In this document: positions 39,123-49,502 of the stretch, one piece after another | How the letters are laid out: each line of letters opens with the position of its first letter | Numbering within the stretch: the first letter of the stretch is position 1 | Source: an uncultured Candidatus Bathyarchaeia archaeon | GTDB taxonomy: Archaea > Thermoproteota > Bathyarchaeia > 40CM-2-53-6 | Direction of reading: 5' to 3' | Length of the DNA: 64,000 nucleotides | Assembly (NCBI GenBank): GCA_964394935.1 | Contig: CAYMZN010000001.1 | Span: 55,210-119,209, forward strand | Notes under the pieces: model-generated | What the model was told of the DNA's origin: nothing | Database searches by the model: none | What the model saw: the letters and a program-made list of their open reading frames with translations, nothing else | Program-made: the position numbers and the translations under genes

Positions 39123-39749
39123 CTAAGCCTTGAAGAGAATCTGAAGCCTCTCGACACCACACTCGGTTGTCTCAACTACAGTGCCCATGCCAGTCCGACG
39201 CACTTGTAACGCGTGCAAAGTGATCAGCTTTGACACAACGTTCTCCGTCAGCTTAGCTCGCACTTTCATTTTGTAGATAAGCGAGCGGAGCGTCCGTGGC
39301 TGACACGCGAGTCTCATTATCATCGCTTCGTGTGCATACCGATACCTGGGAACGGCGATAAGATCACCCAACTGTCTCCCGTAGAAGGATTTGGGATCTA
39401 TTTCGCCAGCGATTATCGCCAATCTTTCGTCAAGACTGGTGTGCGGGGGACAGAAACCATACTTCTGCGCTATCAGCAACTTTGAAAGGTGCTTGGCATT
39501 TGCAGAACCGAATCTTTCAAGCCACCCATTGATGCCCTTCCATCCCGATATGTAGAAGGAACCTTTTACCCTGCGCATATGTTCTCTTGTTGAGGGACGC
39601 CTCACTCGAAGAGCGACAATCAGTCCTAGCCCCATCAACTTTGTGTGCAGTGTCTTGATGAAAGAGGGATCGCTCCTCTCGCATTCCAAGACCGGATAGT
39701 AGTGACGATCTCGAAACTGCTTTCTGAGCCTACACCACCGGAGCACCAC
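39123..39749 (-). CDS. hypothetical protein
   Basis: ORF only; possible C-terminal winged-helix-like segment. Confidence 0.3.
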   Translation of the reverse strand: MVLRWCRLRKQFRDRHYYPVLECERSDPSFIKTLHTKLMGLGLIVALRVRRPSTREHMRRVKGSFYISGWKGINGWLERFGSANAKHLSKLLIAQKYGFCPPHTSLDERLAIIAGEIDPKSFYGRQLGDLIAVPRYRYAHEAMIMRLACQPRTLRSLIYKMKVRAKLTENVVSKLITLHALQVRRTGMGTVVETTECGVERLQILFKA

Positions 39750-39878
39750 GGCGAAAGCAAGCCGTTGACGCTTTAAGTTCTTTGCTCGACATGGACAGCA
39801 CAGTCAGGTATCTCTATCACGTCTTAAGCTGAGCCAACGGCACGGAGCGGTAGAGAAGTGTATAGGAGCAGGAATGCG

Positions 39879-40541
39879 ATGTCTGCGTTCAGAGCTGTTG
39901 TTTTCGATCTGGATGGCACGTTGATAGATTCCAATTGGCTTCACCTTCGATCATGGCGGATCGCTCTGAAAAAGTTGGGACTCGATGTTCCTGACCAAGA
40001 AATCGTTCATGGGCTTGGCTTGAAGACCCTCGACATCGCAAGAGGGATCGTCTCCAGCTTCGGCGAACAGACCGTCTCAAGGCTCGTCGAACTGAAGACT
40101 CAACTCTTTGAGGAAGCCTGGCGCCAGGAAGTGAAACCTCGAGAAGGAGCTCTAGAGCTCCTCCAGATGATAAGAGCGGAAGGGCTGCGATCTGCAGTGG
40201 CCTCCTCGAATACAGTTGAGAGAATATTCAAGACGACCCAGCATTTCGGAATGGACAGGCTGCTAGATGCCGTTGTCGGAATCGACGAAGTTCAAGTGGG
40301 CAAGCCAGACCCAGCACTTGTGAGAGTTGCCATGGAGAAGCTCGGAGTAGCCGGCAATGAAACTATCTATGTCGGAGATAGTAAGTACGACATCGAGGCA
40401 GGCCGAGCTGCCGGCGCACGGACGGCCCTTGTTGTACAGTCGATCGCGGCGCAATCAAACCTCAAGTTTCAACCCGACTACAGAGTGAATGAGCTATCCG
40501 AGCTTCGAGCAATTATTTGGCCAAACGAGCGCAGAGCTTAA
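39879..40541 (+). CDS. HAD-superfamily hydrolase (subfamily IA, beta-phosphoglucomutase/phosphatase-like)
   Basis: Motif I VVFDLDGTLIDS, motif II-region S..T, motif III K, motif IV GDSKYD. Confidence 0.75.
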   Translation: MSAFRAVVFDLDGTLIDSNWLHLRSWRIALKKLGLDVPDQEIVHGLGLKTLDIARGIVSSFGEQTVSRLVELKTQLFEEAWRQEVKPREGALELLQMIRAEGLRSAVASSNTVERIFKTTQHFGMDRLLDAVVGIDEVQVGKPDPALVRVAMEKLGVAGNETIYVGDSKYDIEAGRAAGARTALVVQSIAAQSNLKFQPDYRVNELSELRAIIWPNERRA

Positions 40542-40574
40542 GCAGAGTTCCGTCACGTGGGTGTTGGAAGCGGC

Positions 40575-41513
40575 TCAGAAGCTGAGACTTGGTGACCAAT
40601 TCTTCTTCCCAGCCTTCTCCCGATCCAAGTCCCATCTGCTGAGGATACGAACGGCTTCAACAGCGACCTTGCACGCGTCCTCTTCGCCTTTGACCTCAAA
40701 TGTGTCAGTGGCTCGATTAGCGTAGACCGCAAGGACGCAGCCGCTTCGGAATCCATAGATACCCGTCAGAGTGAAGATCGTCGACGCTTCCATTTCCATT
40801 GTGATAATACGTTGTCTTCGAAGTCGCTCGACGAGCCTTTCAGCATGCGGGGGAAGGTATCCCTCAACCCCTGGACGACCTTGGCCCACGTAGAAGCTGT
40901 CAGTGGACGCTGTATATCCCACACGATACTTCTTCCCAAACTTCTCTGCCGCCTCGATCAATGCGAGGGTTACGTCGTAGCTTGCAGCGGCCGGGTACTC
41001 GGCCGGGACATATTGCTTGCTGGTGCCGTCAAGTCGAAAGGCGGCTGTTGATATGGCAATGTCTCCACATTCCAGATCTGGTATCAGCGAGCCACAGGAA
41101 CCGACTCGAATGAAGGTGTCTGCGCCGATCCTGCTCAACTCTTCAACCGCAATGGCCGTAGCTGGGCAACCTATGCCTGTGGAACATGCGGACACCATCG
41201 TTTGGCCTATCGTTCCGGACCAGATCTTGTACTCTCTGTGCGAAGATACTTCATGGGCCGAATCCCAAAACTTGGCTATCTTCGGCACACGGTCTGGATC
41301 ACCCGGAAGGAACACATAACTGCCGACTTCCCCCCTCTTTGCCGAGACGTGATACTGGATCCCTCCCTTGGACTCAGGTCGGACAGCAGAGACTAGTCTA
41401 CCGCTCACTCTTCCCGCCTCAATATCGGTCGAACTGCACAGGATAAAAGCGTTCGTCGAGTGGTAGCAGGGTTTGGACTTCGTGGTCACGCGTCCAAAGA
41501 TCCGAAGTGACAT
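40575..41513 (-). CDS. nucleoside phosphorylase (PNP/UDP phosphorylase family; uridine/purine nucleoside phosphorylase-like)
   Basis: VFLPGDPDR, STGIGCPATAIAVEEL, RVGSCGS, EMEAST. Confidence 0.75.
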   Translation of the reverse strand: MSLRIFGRVTTKSKPCYHSTNAFILCSSTDIEAGRVSGRLVSAVRPESKGGIQYHVSAKRGEVGSYVFLPGDPDRVPKIAKFWDSAHEVSSHREYKIWSGTIGQTMVSACSTGIGCPATAIAVEELSRIGADTFIRVGSCGSLIPDLECGDIAISTAAFRLDGTSKQYVPAEYPAAASYDVTLALIEAAEKFGKKYRVGYTASTDSFYVGQGRPGVEGYLPPHAERLVERLRRQRIITMEMEASTIFTLTGIYGFRSGCVLAVYANRATDTFEVKGEEDACKVAVEAVRILSRWDLDREKAGKKNWSPSLSF

Positions 41514-41592
41514 GCCAGAATTCTGTAGCTTGCTAAAGGCGAACGCCCGAACTAGTGCAATTTTTTAAAGTAATCGATGCATATCGTGCGGC

Positions 41593-43857
41593 ATGCTTCG
41601 TTCTGTTGAGAAGCTAGGCGCCACCATCTTCGATGCCGCCTCTGCTCCACTACGCCTGCAGATCCTTCGTCTCCTCTCTACGAAGGGCGCTTTGCCATAT
41701 ACGGAGATCATGTCATCGCTCAAGTTGGATCCAGTTCGTGACGCCGGGAAGTTCGTCTACCACCTTCGGAGTCTCACCGAGGTAGGCCTGATTAGCTCGG
41801 AAAAACGCACGAAGAAATATGAGATCACCGAACTTGGCGAAATGGTAGTACATTTCGCAAGAGACCTCGAAGAATATGTCGGTGTAAAACGCGGAAAACT
41901 GTTCGTCAGGACGTCCCGGCTTGCGATCGAAGACTTCCACAGGAGCAAGATCGCAAGATCCCTAGTCGTTGAGGCGGGTGTTCCTCAGGAACTTGCAGAT
42001 GAAATAGCCGCCGAGGCAGAAGACCGGCTGATCAAGCTCAGGACCTCCTATCTGACAGCGGCGTTGATTCGTGAGTTCGTCAATGCTATCCTCATCGAGA
42101 AGAAGCTCGAAGAATACAGGCATAAGCTGACACGCGTTGGCATGCCGGTTTACGATGTGACGCAACTTCTCCGCACCACAGGTGAACTCGGCTTGGCAAC
42201 TGACTACGTTCAGAAATCCGCGGGAGCTTCCGTGCTTGGGGAATATGTTTTGCTGGAGTGCCTGCCCCGCGAGATAGCTGATGCCCACATCTCAGGACAA
42301 ATCCACATATGCGATCTCGACAGCTGGCCTCTCAAGCCGACCGAGGTACAGCATGATCTCCGATATTTCCTGAAGAACGGGCTCGTTGGTTTCAAACCGC
42401 CCCAAAGCTTCAACGCTGCACTGACGATGATTCAGAACATCTACCGTCTAGGAAAGGCTGAGGTTTCCGGAGAACAGGGCTTCGATCTCTTCAATGTCTT
42501 TCTGGCACCATATGTCGAGGACACACCTGAGGACACAATCAGAGAGTCACTGGAACTCTTCCTTTCGTCCGTCGCGCAGGATTCTCCGGGAGGCGTCGGT
42601 CAACCTGGACTTTCCATCGGCCTCGAATACGTCGTCCCTGAGTTCTTGGAGAATGTGGAGGCAGTTGGGCCAGGAGGAAGAACGATTGGAGTCTACGGTG
42701 ACTATCGTGAAGAGGCTGGGATAGTCCTGGACGCTCTACTGGAAGCAACTTCACAAGAGGCGCAGATCAACCCGTTGGCCAACCCCCGGCTCATCTTCAA
42801 ACTTCGAGACTCGGTCGAGAAGAACGATGAGGCCCGATGTCATGTCCTGAAGACTCATGAGTTGGCCGCGTCTAGGAGACTGCCGTATATAGCACTGCTT
42901 CGAGATGGCTCACGAGACTGCTACACGGCGACCGGCCTAAGGCTTTCGGACGATTGGAGCAAGCAGTGGGAATCGGACTGCTATAGGACAGGCTCCATGG
43001 CAACGATCTTTCTCAATCTACCGCGGCTGGCCTATGAAGCGCGGAAAGATGAGGATAGGTTGTTCAAGCTGATGAGCGACACAGTTGGATTGACGCTCGA
43101 AGCCTTCAAGATGAAGAGAAAGTTCATGATCGATAGGCTGAAGCAACCTATTCTGCCGCTGCTCTTTGGGTCCGGACAAGGGACGCCCTACTTCCGCGAG
43201 AAAATGGCTGCCTACTCAATAGCGCTTCTTGGGCTGAACGAGGCTTGCCTCGCACATACGGGAAGCGAGTTGAGAAAGGACTCGCTAGCTTTTGGAGAGA
43301 GGATTCTTCAGGAGCTGAAGAAGCAAAGCGAGGCAGCGTCAGAGAGCCTAGGAATGCGTTTTATTGTATCCGAACGACCAGGCGATGATGCAACCTCAAG
43401 ACTTGCAGAGCTTGACGTGGAGCAATATGGCAAGAGCACAGTCGCTGCCCAAGGTGGACGGAATTACCCATTCTACACGGATTTGCCGACTGTACCTTTG
43501 ACCTCAAAGATTCCACTCAACGAGAGACTTGCGATCGAAGGAATGCTGCAGACCGCGATCCTAGGCGGCCACTTGGCTATGATTTCTGTGGACTCCAAAA
43601 CTAGCGCGGAGGCTCTGCTGGCTCTGACGCATGACGCATCGTCAAGCGGGCTCAGGTTCATCACGTATTCTGGGGTCTATTCGTTCTGCAAGAACTGCAA
43701 TCGAATCATCGATGGTTTGGTTTCGAGTTGCAGTTCATGCGGGTCGGACAACGTTACACAGTACGGGCGTTCATCGTCCACTTACATTCCACTCGCGTTG
43801 TGGCCGGAAGGGAAGAGGCGAGCGATCGAGAAGAGAGCCGTATACTCACTGTCCTAG
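41593..43857 (+). CDS. wHTH + ATP-cone + anaerobic (class III) ribonucleotide reductase NrdD-like protein; glycyl-radical glycine apparently replaced
   Basis: N-terminal ArsR-like winged helix, then an ATP-cone (KLFVRTSRLAIEDFHRSKIARSL..), then a large NrdD-like body. The C-terminus is CKNCN..(x12)..CSSCGSDN....GRSSSTYIPLALWPEGKRRAIEKR, which parallels the NrdD Zn-ribbon + RVCGYLG..NAGKQEEVKRR tail but has S/T where the radical Gly belongs. Confidence 0.55.
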   Translation: MLRSVEKLGATIFDAASAPLRLQILRLLSTKGALPYTEIMSSLKLDPVRDAGKFVYHLRSLTEVGLISSEKRTKKYEITELGEMVVHFARDLEEYVGVKRGKLFVRTSRLAIEDFHRSKIARSLVVEAGVPQELADEIAAEAEDRLIKLRTSYLTAALIREFVNAILIEKKLEEYRHKLTRVGMPVYDVTQLLRTTGELGLATDYVQKSAGASVLGEYVLLECLPREIADAHISGQIHICDLDSWPLKPTEVQHDLRYFLKNGLVGFKPPQSFNAALTMIQNIYRLGKAEVSGEQGFDLFNVFLAPYVEDTPEDTIRESLELFLSSVAQDSPGGVGQPGLSIGLEYVVPEFLENVEAVGPGGRTIGVYGDYREEAGIVLDALLEATSQEAQINPLANPRLIFKLRDSVEKNDEARCHVLKTHELAASRRLPYIALLRDGSRDCYTATGLRLSDDWSKQWESDCYRTGSMATIFLNLPRLAYEARKDEDRLFKLMSDTVGLTLEAFKMKRKFMIDRLKQPILPLLFGSGQGTPYFREKMAAYSIALLGLNEACLAHTGSELRKDSLAFGERILQELKKQSEAASESLGMRFIVSERPGDDATSRLAELDVEQYGKSTVAAQGGRNYPFYTDLPTVPLTSKIPLNERLAIEGMLQTAILGGHLAMISVDSKTSAEALLALTHDASSSGLRFITYSGVYSFCKNCNRIIDGLVSSCSSCGSDNVTQYGRSSSTYIPLALWPEGKRRAIEKRAVYSLS

Positions 43858-43922
43858 CCAATTTCTCAATGCTGTCGCAGTAGACTCGGCTTTGGCTGGG
43901 GCCCAATACTCGTCTGATTTGA

Positions 43923-44915
43923 TCATTCCCTCACGTAGGGTCTGCCTAGCGCGCGCGGGAATTTCTTTCCGCCGATCGCAGCAACGAGGATTAAGAGCGT
44001 GACGGCGTATGGCATCATCTGGACAAAGTAGAAAGGAACTATCTCCTTCACCCCTGGAGAGACCACGACCGTGTATGCAACACCCTCTGAGAAGCCGAAT
44101 ATGAAGGCGGCGACCAGCGCCAGCAACGGGTCGAGACCTGCGAAGACTACGGCTGCAAGGGCTATGAAACCTCTGCCCGCGGAGATCTCCTTGACCACTC
44201 CGCCGAACCAGGCCAGCGGCATGAAGGCCCCACCTAACCCAGCAAGCGCCCCGCCAGCAACGCACATATAGAGCCTGATGCGCCAAACGCTTACGCCCGC
44301 GACATCGACCGCCATGGGGTTCTCACCAGCAGCCCGTATCCTTACTCCCAGCAGAGTCCTGCGTAGAAGAAGATAGGCGAGGATAGCGATGACAATCGCG
44401 GCGATCGTTACTGGACTAAGGCTGAAGTATACGTCCCCTGACCTGAACTGGATGGGCTCGAACATCAATTCACGGCGGAACATGTGAATCCCGGGAAACG
44501 CCCAGATGGACATGAGTAGATATGGACCCAGTCCGAGCGCAAGTATGTTCAAGCCCATGCCAGCGATGACTTGGTTTGCCTTCCCGTAGACGCATACCAC
44601 CCCAAACATGAGACCCATCAAGGCACCAGTCGCAGACCCAAGAATCAGACCATACAGCCCGCTCCCGAAAACTTCCGCCCAGAGAACCCCGAGAACTGCG
44701 GTAACCAGGAAAATTCCTTCCATGCCAACGTTGACCGTGCCCGCTTGCTCGTTCAGACACTCGCCGACCGCGGCCAACGCCAAAGGAGTCATTGCCAACA
44801 GACCCGTCTCTATGAGGCCGGGAAGGCCGAATCCCGCCAATGAAATCATGTACATTACAGCCAGCGTTGCCACAATTCCGATCAGATACCAGAGAAGCCT
44901 ACGTACTAGTTTCAC
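43923..44915 (-). CDS. ABC transporter permease (BMP-system, YufQ/NupQ-like)
   Basis: Polytopic membrane protein, co-oriented with the BMP binding protein and ATPase; start overlaps the upstream permease stop (ATGA). Confidence 0.8.
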   Translation of the reverse strand: MKLVRRLLWYLIGIVATLAVMYMISLAGFGLPGLIETGLLAMTPLALAAVGECLNEQAGTVNVGMEGIFLVTAVLGVLWAEVFGSGLYGLILGSATGALMGLMFGVVCVYGKANQVIAGMGLNILALGLGPYLLMSIWAFPGIHMFRRELMFEPIQFRSGDVYFSLSPVTIAAIVIAILAYLLLRRTLLGVRIRAAGENPMAVDVAGVSVWRIRLYMCVAGGALAGLGGAFMPLAWFGGVVKEISAGRGFIALAAVVFAGLDPLLALVAAFIFGFSEGVAYTVVVSPGVKEIVPFYFVQMMPYAVTLLILVAAIGGKKFPRALGRPYVRE

Positions 44916-45964
44916 GACTGACGGCGCCTTCTGACTATTGCGACTATTTCCGGCATCGCAAGCGCGATCACAATGATGCCTTGGATCGCCTCGACCATTT
45001 CGGATGCAACTCCAACATTATACTCCATATAACGACCTCCATGCGCTAGGCCCCCGTAGAATATTGCGGCTAAGATCCCGCCAATAGGATGATTTCTTCC
45101 AATCAGGGCCACTCCAATGCCGTCGAAGCCCAGATTCACCAGGTTGCCTAGAGTCGCGTAGAGAGTCCAAGAGGGAGGACGCCCCAGAACCTGACTCGCG
45201 CCTGCCAATCCGGCTGCTAGGCCGCCTACCAGGAAACTCACCAGAATAGCTCGGCTGCTACTGGCTCCTGCATACTTGGCTGCTTCAGGGTTGTCTCCGA
45301 CGAGTCTGAGCTCAAAACCTACCCCTGTGCGCCAAAGAAGAATAGCGACCGCGATGCAGAAAGCCACGATCACAAGAATGATTGCGGTCAGCGTTGCCCC
45401 TATTATTGGGTAGCGGGCCGTCGGTAGTGCGGGTATTGCCCGTTCAGCTCTCCCTGGTTCTCCGAAGTAGGTGCGTATTAGGTAGGTGACGAAATATAAG
45501 GCGATCCAGTTCAGCATGATCGTGGAGACGACCTCATGCACTCCTCTCCAGATCTTGAGAATGGCAGCAGGGAGGGCCCAAAGCGCTCCAAGACTCATGG
45601 CGACGGCTGTGGCGACTGCTGGATGCACCCCTGCTGGCAGTAGGATGGCACCGCCGACGATTGTCGCCCCTATGGCGCCAACGTACATCTGACCTTCTGC
45701 CCCTATGTTGAAAAGAGCAGCTCTCACCCCAACGGCGAAGGTGACCGCGGTCACCATGAGAGGCGTCGCGAAGGCCAAAGATTCCAGAAGCCCTCCAGCG
45801 CTTCCGAAGGCGCCGCTGAACAACGCAAAGTATGCTCGGATGGGATCGTAGCCGAAGGTCAGCATTAGGAAAGCTCCCACAACGAGCCCAATCACGACAG
45901 CCGCTCCGGATTCCGCCAGCGGACGACCCATTGCAGCTAAGCGCTTAATCATCTGGCTCCGCAA
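44912..45964 (-). CDS. ABC transporter permease (BMP-system, YufP/NupP-like)
   Basis: Polytopic membrane protein of the branched-chain/sugar permease fold. Confidence 0.8.
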   Translation of the reverse strand: MRSQMIKRLAAMGRPLAESGAAVVIGLVVGAFLMLTFGYDPIRAYFALFSGAFGSAGGLLESLAFATPLMVTAVTFAVGVRAALFNIGAEGQMYVGAIGATIVGGAILLPAGVHPAVATAVAMSLGALWALPAAILKIWRGVHEVVSTIMLNWIALYFVTYLIRTYFGEPGRAERAIPALPTARYPIIGATLTAIILVIVAFCIAVAILLWRTGVGFELRLVGDNPEAAKYAGASSSRAILVSFLVGGLAAGLAGASQVLGRPPSWTLYATLGNLVNLGFDGIGVALIGRNHPIGGILAAIFYGGLAHGGRYMEYNVGVASEMVEAIQGIIVIALAMPEIVAIVRRRRQS

Positions 45965-46046
45965 CTGGGTCTGCTAAGACATAAGCTCAAGACTTGTCTG
46001 ACATATGTTGTTGTCCAACGGTTCAAAGAAAAAGGGAAGAGAGCCA

Positions 46047-47414
46047 CTATCCCAGTGTGACTCTCCATTGCTCCACTGCTTCTTTCGACATCGCTAGTGG
46101 AACGAGGGTGGGATCGTTGCGAATCGCGTTCTGGAGTTCCGTCGCGGCATCCCAGATCCAGCTTGGGAGCGCATCTCTCATGGCTGAGACCTTAGACTTG
46201 ATTTCATCGGCAGGCATTGGAAGCACTTTCTTTCCACCAAAGCATAAGACGAAGAAGAAGCACTGTCTAGACATCTGCTCGGCGTCAACACCCATCTGAA
46301 TGAATTCATCCAGATTCGCCAGTGTGCTCGCCTGTATTCCTTCCACGGGGGTGCCCGCGACTGTGGTCCCAATTCCCAAGGTCACGAAACCCCCGCTTGC
46401 TGCTGCGACTTCTCTGAACTTGCCCTGAACAGCCAGCTGAGTAGCGAGATAGACTCCTGTGTCAACACGTTTCAGACAGCTGGTGAGTACGAAACCCGGG
46501 TTCAGCCAGTCCTGGTCGGCGTCTACTCCGATCCAGAACGGTGGGCCCGTCTGCAGACCCTTTGCTGTTGCTATCTCCTGGACAGCCTGGTTGATACCGA
46601 GGCCGAGCGGCCCGGCCACGTTGTAAACTGCAACGGCGTTTTGAGCGTACATCGCCTTCGCGGCCTCGTATCCTTTCGTAATGTCACTGAACGTGCCCGT
46701 GTAGGTCCAGAGCACCCTCTCCTTGACCGGCGTGTCTCCGATCACGGGGGCGCTCTTGCCGAACTTGTTCTGGTACCACTTGAGAGCCCAGTCCGCTCCC
46801 CACTTATAGCCGATCTCAAACTTCCAAAGCACTGGAATCTCAATACCCAAGACAACCCCAATGTGGGGATACCCAAAGTGTGCGGCAGCTAGTGCTCCGA
46901 TAGCACCGACGATCGCGCTTCCCTTGTGCTCCTCATAGCCTATGTTGATCACATTCGGCAATGACGGCGTGAAGAACGTGTCTATTCCCACGAAGTTCTG
47001 GTTAGGGTATCTGCTCCCGACGTCCTTTAGGGCATCGCTCAGTAGGAACCCCACACCCACGACGAGTATAACACCCGGGTCCTTGGCCGCGGTTTCGAGG
47101 TTCGGAACATAGTCCGCCTCTGACTTGCTGATCAGTTCGACCATCGTGACTCCAAAGTCCCTTTCGGCCTCAGCGCCACCTTTGAACGCCATGTCGTTGA
47201 ACGACAAGTCTCCTCGTCCCCCAACGTCCGACACGACTGCGATGCAACGAGAACCGCTAGGGCAGCCTGTTGGAGCCGCCATGAAGTAGTAAGCGGCTGC
47301 GCTTGCTGCGGCTACTACGACGATCACGACAATTATGATTGCCTGCATTCTCGTGATTGCTGATTCATTAGTAAGATGTCTCAGGATATTCGAACTCCTA
47401 CTCAAATTTCTCAT
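46047..47414 (-). CDS. BMP-family ABC transporter substrate-binding lipoprotein (PnrA/Med-like, nucleoside-binding)
   Basis: N-terminal signal/TM, then a Cys-containing lipobox-like region and the BMP-family pattern (VGVGFLLSDAL, GIDTF, GTPVEG). Confidence 0.8.
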   Translation of the reverse strand: MRNLSRSSNILRHLTNESAITRMQAIIIVVIVVVAAASAAAYYFMAAPTGCPSGSRCIAVVSDVGGRGDLSFNDMAFKGGAEAERDFGVTMVELISKSEADYVPNLETAAKDPGVILVVGVGFLLSDALKDVGSRYPNQNFVGIDTFFTPSLPNVINIGYEEHKGSAIVGAIGALAAAHFGYPHIGVVLGIEIPVLWKFEIGYKWGADWALKWYQNKFGKSAPVIGDTPVKERVLWTYTGTFSDITKGYEAAKAMYAQNAVAVYNVAGPLGLGINQAVQEIATAKGLQTGPPFWIGVDADQDWLNPGFVLTSCLKRVDTGVYLATQLAVQGKFREVAAASGGFVTLGIGTTVAGTPVEGIQASTLANLDEFIQMGVDAEQMSRQCFFFVLCFGGKKVLPMPADEIKSKVSAMRDALPSWIWDAATELQNAIRNDPTLVPLAMSKEAVEQWRVTLG

Positions 47415-47514
47415 ACAACCTCCATAGGTGAAGCCTATAGCGTGATTTGAGTCCGGTCAGGTCATATTTAAGCTGAATCAGGTGCCGCAGAGGCGGGCAG
47501 ACCTGTTCGAACGC

Positions 47515-49173
47515 CTAACTCGCCACGCCTGCCATCATGAGACCGATTTCTTGCTTGTTTGTCTTACCAGATTCTGTGACTCCGACTATCTTGCCGTTGA
47601 ACATGACCGCGATTCGGTCGCTGAGCGCCATTATCTCGTCGAGATCTTCTGAAACCAATAGAACCGCGGAGCCATTCTCCCTGAGCTTCAATAAAAGTCG
47701 ATGAGTGTGCTCGATCGCTCGGAGGTCGAGCCCGTACGTTGGATGGGAAGCTATTACCAACTTTGGTTCCTTCCAGAGCTCTCTTGCGAGGATCATCCTC
47801 TGAATGTTTCCGCCCGAGAGTATTCTCGCCTCGGTCTTGTCGAGGTCGGGCGTGAGGATCTCGAACTCGGATACCAGCTTTTCGCAATGGTTCCTGATTT
47901 TGGAGACGCTGAGGAATCCGGCCTTTGAGAATGGAGGAATGCGGTAGTGTTTCATCATCAAGTTCTCCATGAGAGGGAGCCCCTCCGCGGTTCCGGTCCT
48001 CCTACGTTCCTCTGGAATGTGGCTGACGCCGAGCATTGCAATCTCTCTTGGTGAATGGTTGGTCACGTCCTGATCGAAGATCACTATCTTTCCGCTAATG
48101 GCCTTGCGTAGCCCAGTTATCGCTTCAACTAACTCAGTTTGGCCGTTTCCCGACACCCCGGCGATGCCGAGAATCTCGCCCTCGTGCACCGTGAGTGACG
48201 CGCCCCTGACCGCCTGCTCTCCCTCTCCACCGAGAACGAATAGTTCTTTGATCTCAAGCGCGACCTTACCTTTCTCTGCTGGTCGAGCTTTCGGCAGGAC
48301 GGGCACTTCAGGACCTATCATCATCCTAACGAGTTCCTGCTCATTTGTCTCCGATGTATTCTTGGTTCCAGTCAGCTTGCCCAACTTGAGTACTGTCACT
48401 CGATCGCTATTCTGCATGACGTCTTCGAGCTTGTGCGTGATGAGAACGACACCCCTCCCCTCATCGGCGAGGCCGCGCAGAATTGAGAACAACTGCTGAG
48501 ACTCGCTTGGTGTCAGCACCGATGTCGGCTCGTCAAGTATGATAACGTCGGGCTCATGGTATAGGACTTTGAGGATCTCCGCACGCTGCTGTTCTCCTAC
48601 GGATAGGTCCTCGCCCTTCGCCTTTGGGTCGACTTTGAGATTGTACTTCGTTGATAGCTCGCTTAACTTTCTCTCGACTTCGCTTATTGGGAACGAGAGG
48701 TTGTTCCTCTTGAGACCGAGGGCAACGTTTTCAGCAACCGTCAGTGGGCGGACCAGCGTGAATTCTTGGTGAACCATGGCGACGCCCAGCTTCAACGCAT
48801 CTTGCGGAGAGTTTACTGCGACTGGCTTTCCGCGAATGTAGATCCGCCCCTTCGATGCGACATAGAACCCGGAAAGGATGTTCGCGAGGACGGTTTTGCC
48901 GGCGCCGTTTTCCCCTAGTATGACGTGGACTTCGCCGGATCTTACGTCGAAGTCAACTTCGTCAAGGATCAGATGCTCCCAGACACCCGGGAACCCTTTG
49001 ACGACCTTTTCGGCTCTTAGTAGTACCTCTCCCTTTGTTAGTCTAGGATGCGCTTCGTGGAGGTGCCGTGTTCCCAGTAACGGTTGCATCCGGTGATTCT
49101 CCGACGCTGATACCGTAGCTGGAGGCTTTAGGCTTTGGGTAGAACGGCTGCACTCCGAAAATGTTGTATGCAA
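47515..49173 (-). CDS. ABC transporter ATP-binding protein with tandem ABC domains (BMP-system, NupO/YufO-like)
   Basis: Two Walker A sites (GENGAGKT, GVSGNGQT), two signature motifs (LSVGEQQRAEI, LSGGNIQRMILAREL), two Walker B (ILDEPT, IASHPT). The true start is possibly the internal M at about 49092. Confidence 0.85.
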   Translation of the reverse strand: MHTTFSECSRSTQSLKPPATVSASENHRMQPLLGTRHLHEAHPRLTKGEVLLRAEKVVKGFPGVWEHLILDEVDFDVRSGEVHVILGENGAGKTVLANILSGFYVASKGRIYIRGKPVAVNSPQDALKLGVAMVHQEFTLVRPLTVAENVALGLKRNNLSFPISEVERKLSELSTKYNLKVDPKAKGEDLSVGEQQRAEILKVLYHEPDVIILDEPTSVLTPSESQQLFSILRGLADEGRGVVLITHKLEDVMQNSDRVTVLKLGKLTGTKNTSETNEQELVRMMIGPEVPVLPKARPAEKGKVALEIKELFVLGGEGEQAVRGASLTVHEGEILGIAGVSGNGQTELVEAITGLRKAISGKIVIFDQDVTNHSPREIAMLGVSHIPEERRRTGTAEGLPLMENLMMKHYRIPPFSKAGFLSVSKIRNHCEKLVSEFEILTPDLDKTEARILSGGNIQRMILARELWKEPKLVIASHPTYGLDLRAIEHTHRLLLKLRENGSAVLLVSEDLDEIMALSDRIAVMFNGKIVGVTESGKTNKQEIGLMMAGVAS

Positions 49174-49220
49174 AATTCGAGAGCTGTGAGACAGTAGGGT
49201 TCCGGCGAGAGCTGCAACTC

Positions 49221-49502
49221 ATGAAGACTAGAGCGCATGTTATAGTTGCAGGTAAGGTTCAAGGGGTCTTCTACCGCGCGGAGACAGCCTCCAGAGCCAG
49301 GAGCCTTGATGTCACAGGCTGGGTTCGCAACCTTCCCGACGGGCGTGTCGAGGCAGTCTTCGAGGGAGAACAGAACAACGTAGAAAAGATGATCGACTTT
49401 TGCTGCCGCGGCCCCCCCAATGCCTATGTCGTTAACGTGGATGTGAAAAGGCAGGAATGGCGCGGCGAGTTCAAGAACTTCACAATAAGATACTATAGCT
49501 AG
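49221..49502 (+). CDS. acyP: acylphosphatase
   Basis: VAGKVQGVFYRAET and GWVRNLPDGRVEAVFEG signatures; about 93 aa. Confidence 0.8.
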   Translation: MKTRAHVIVAGKVQGVFYRAETASRARSLDVTGWVRNLPDGRVEAVFEGEQNNVEKMIDFCCRGPPNAYVVNVDVKRQEWRGEFKNFTIRYYS

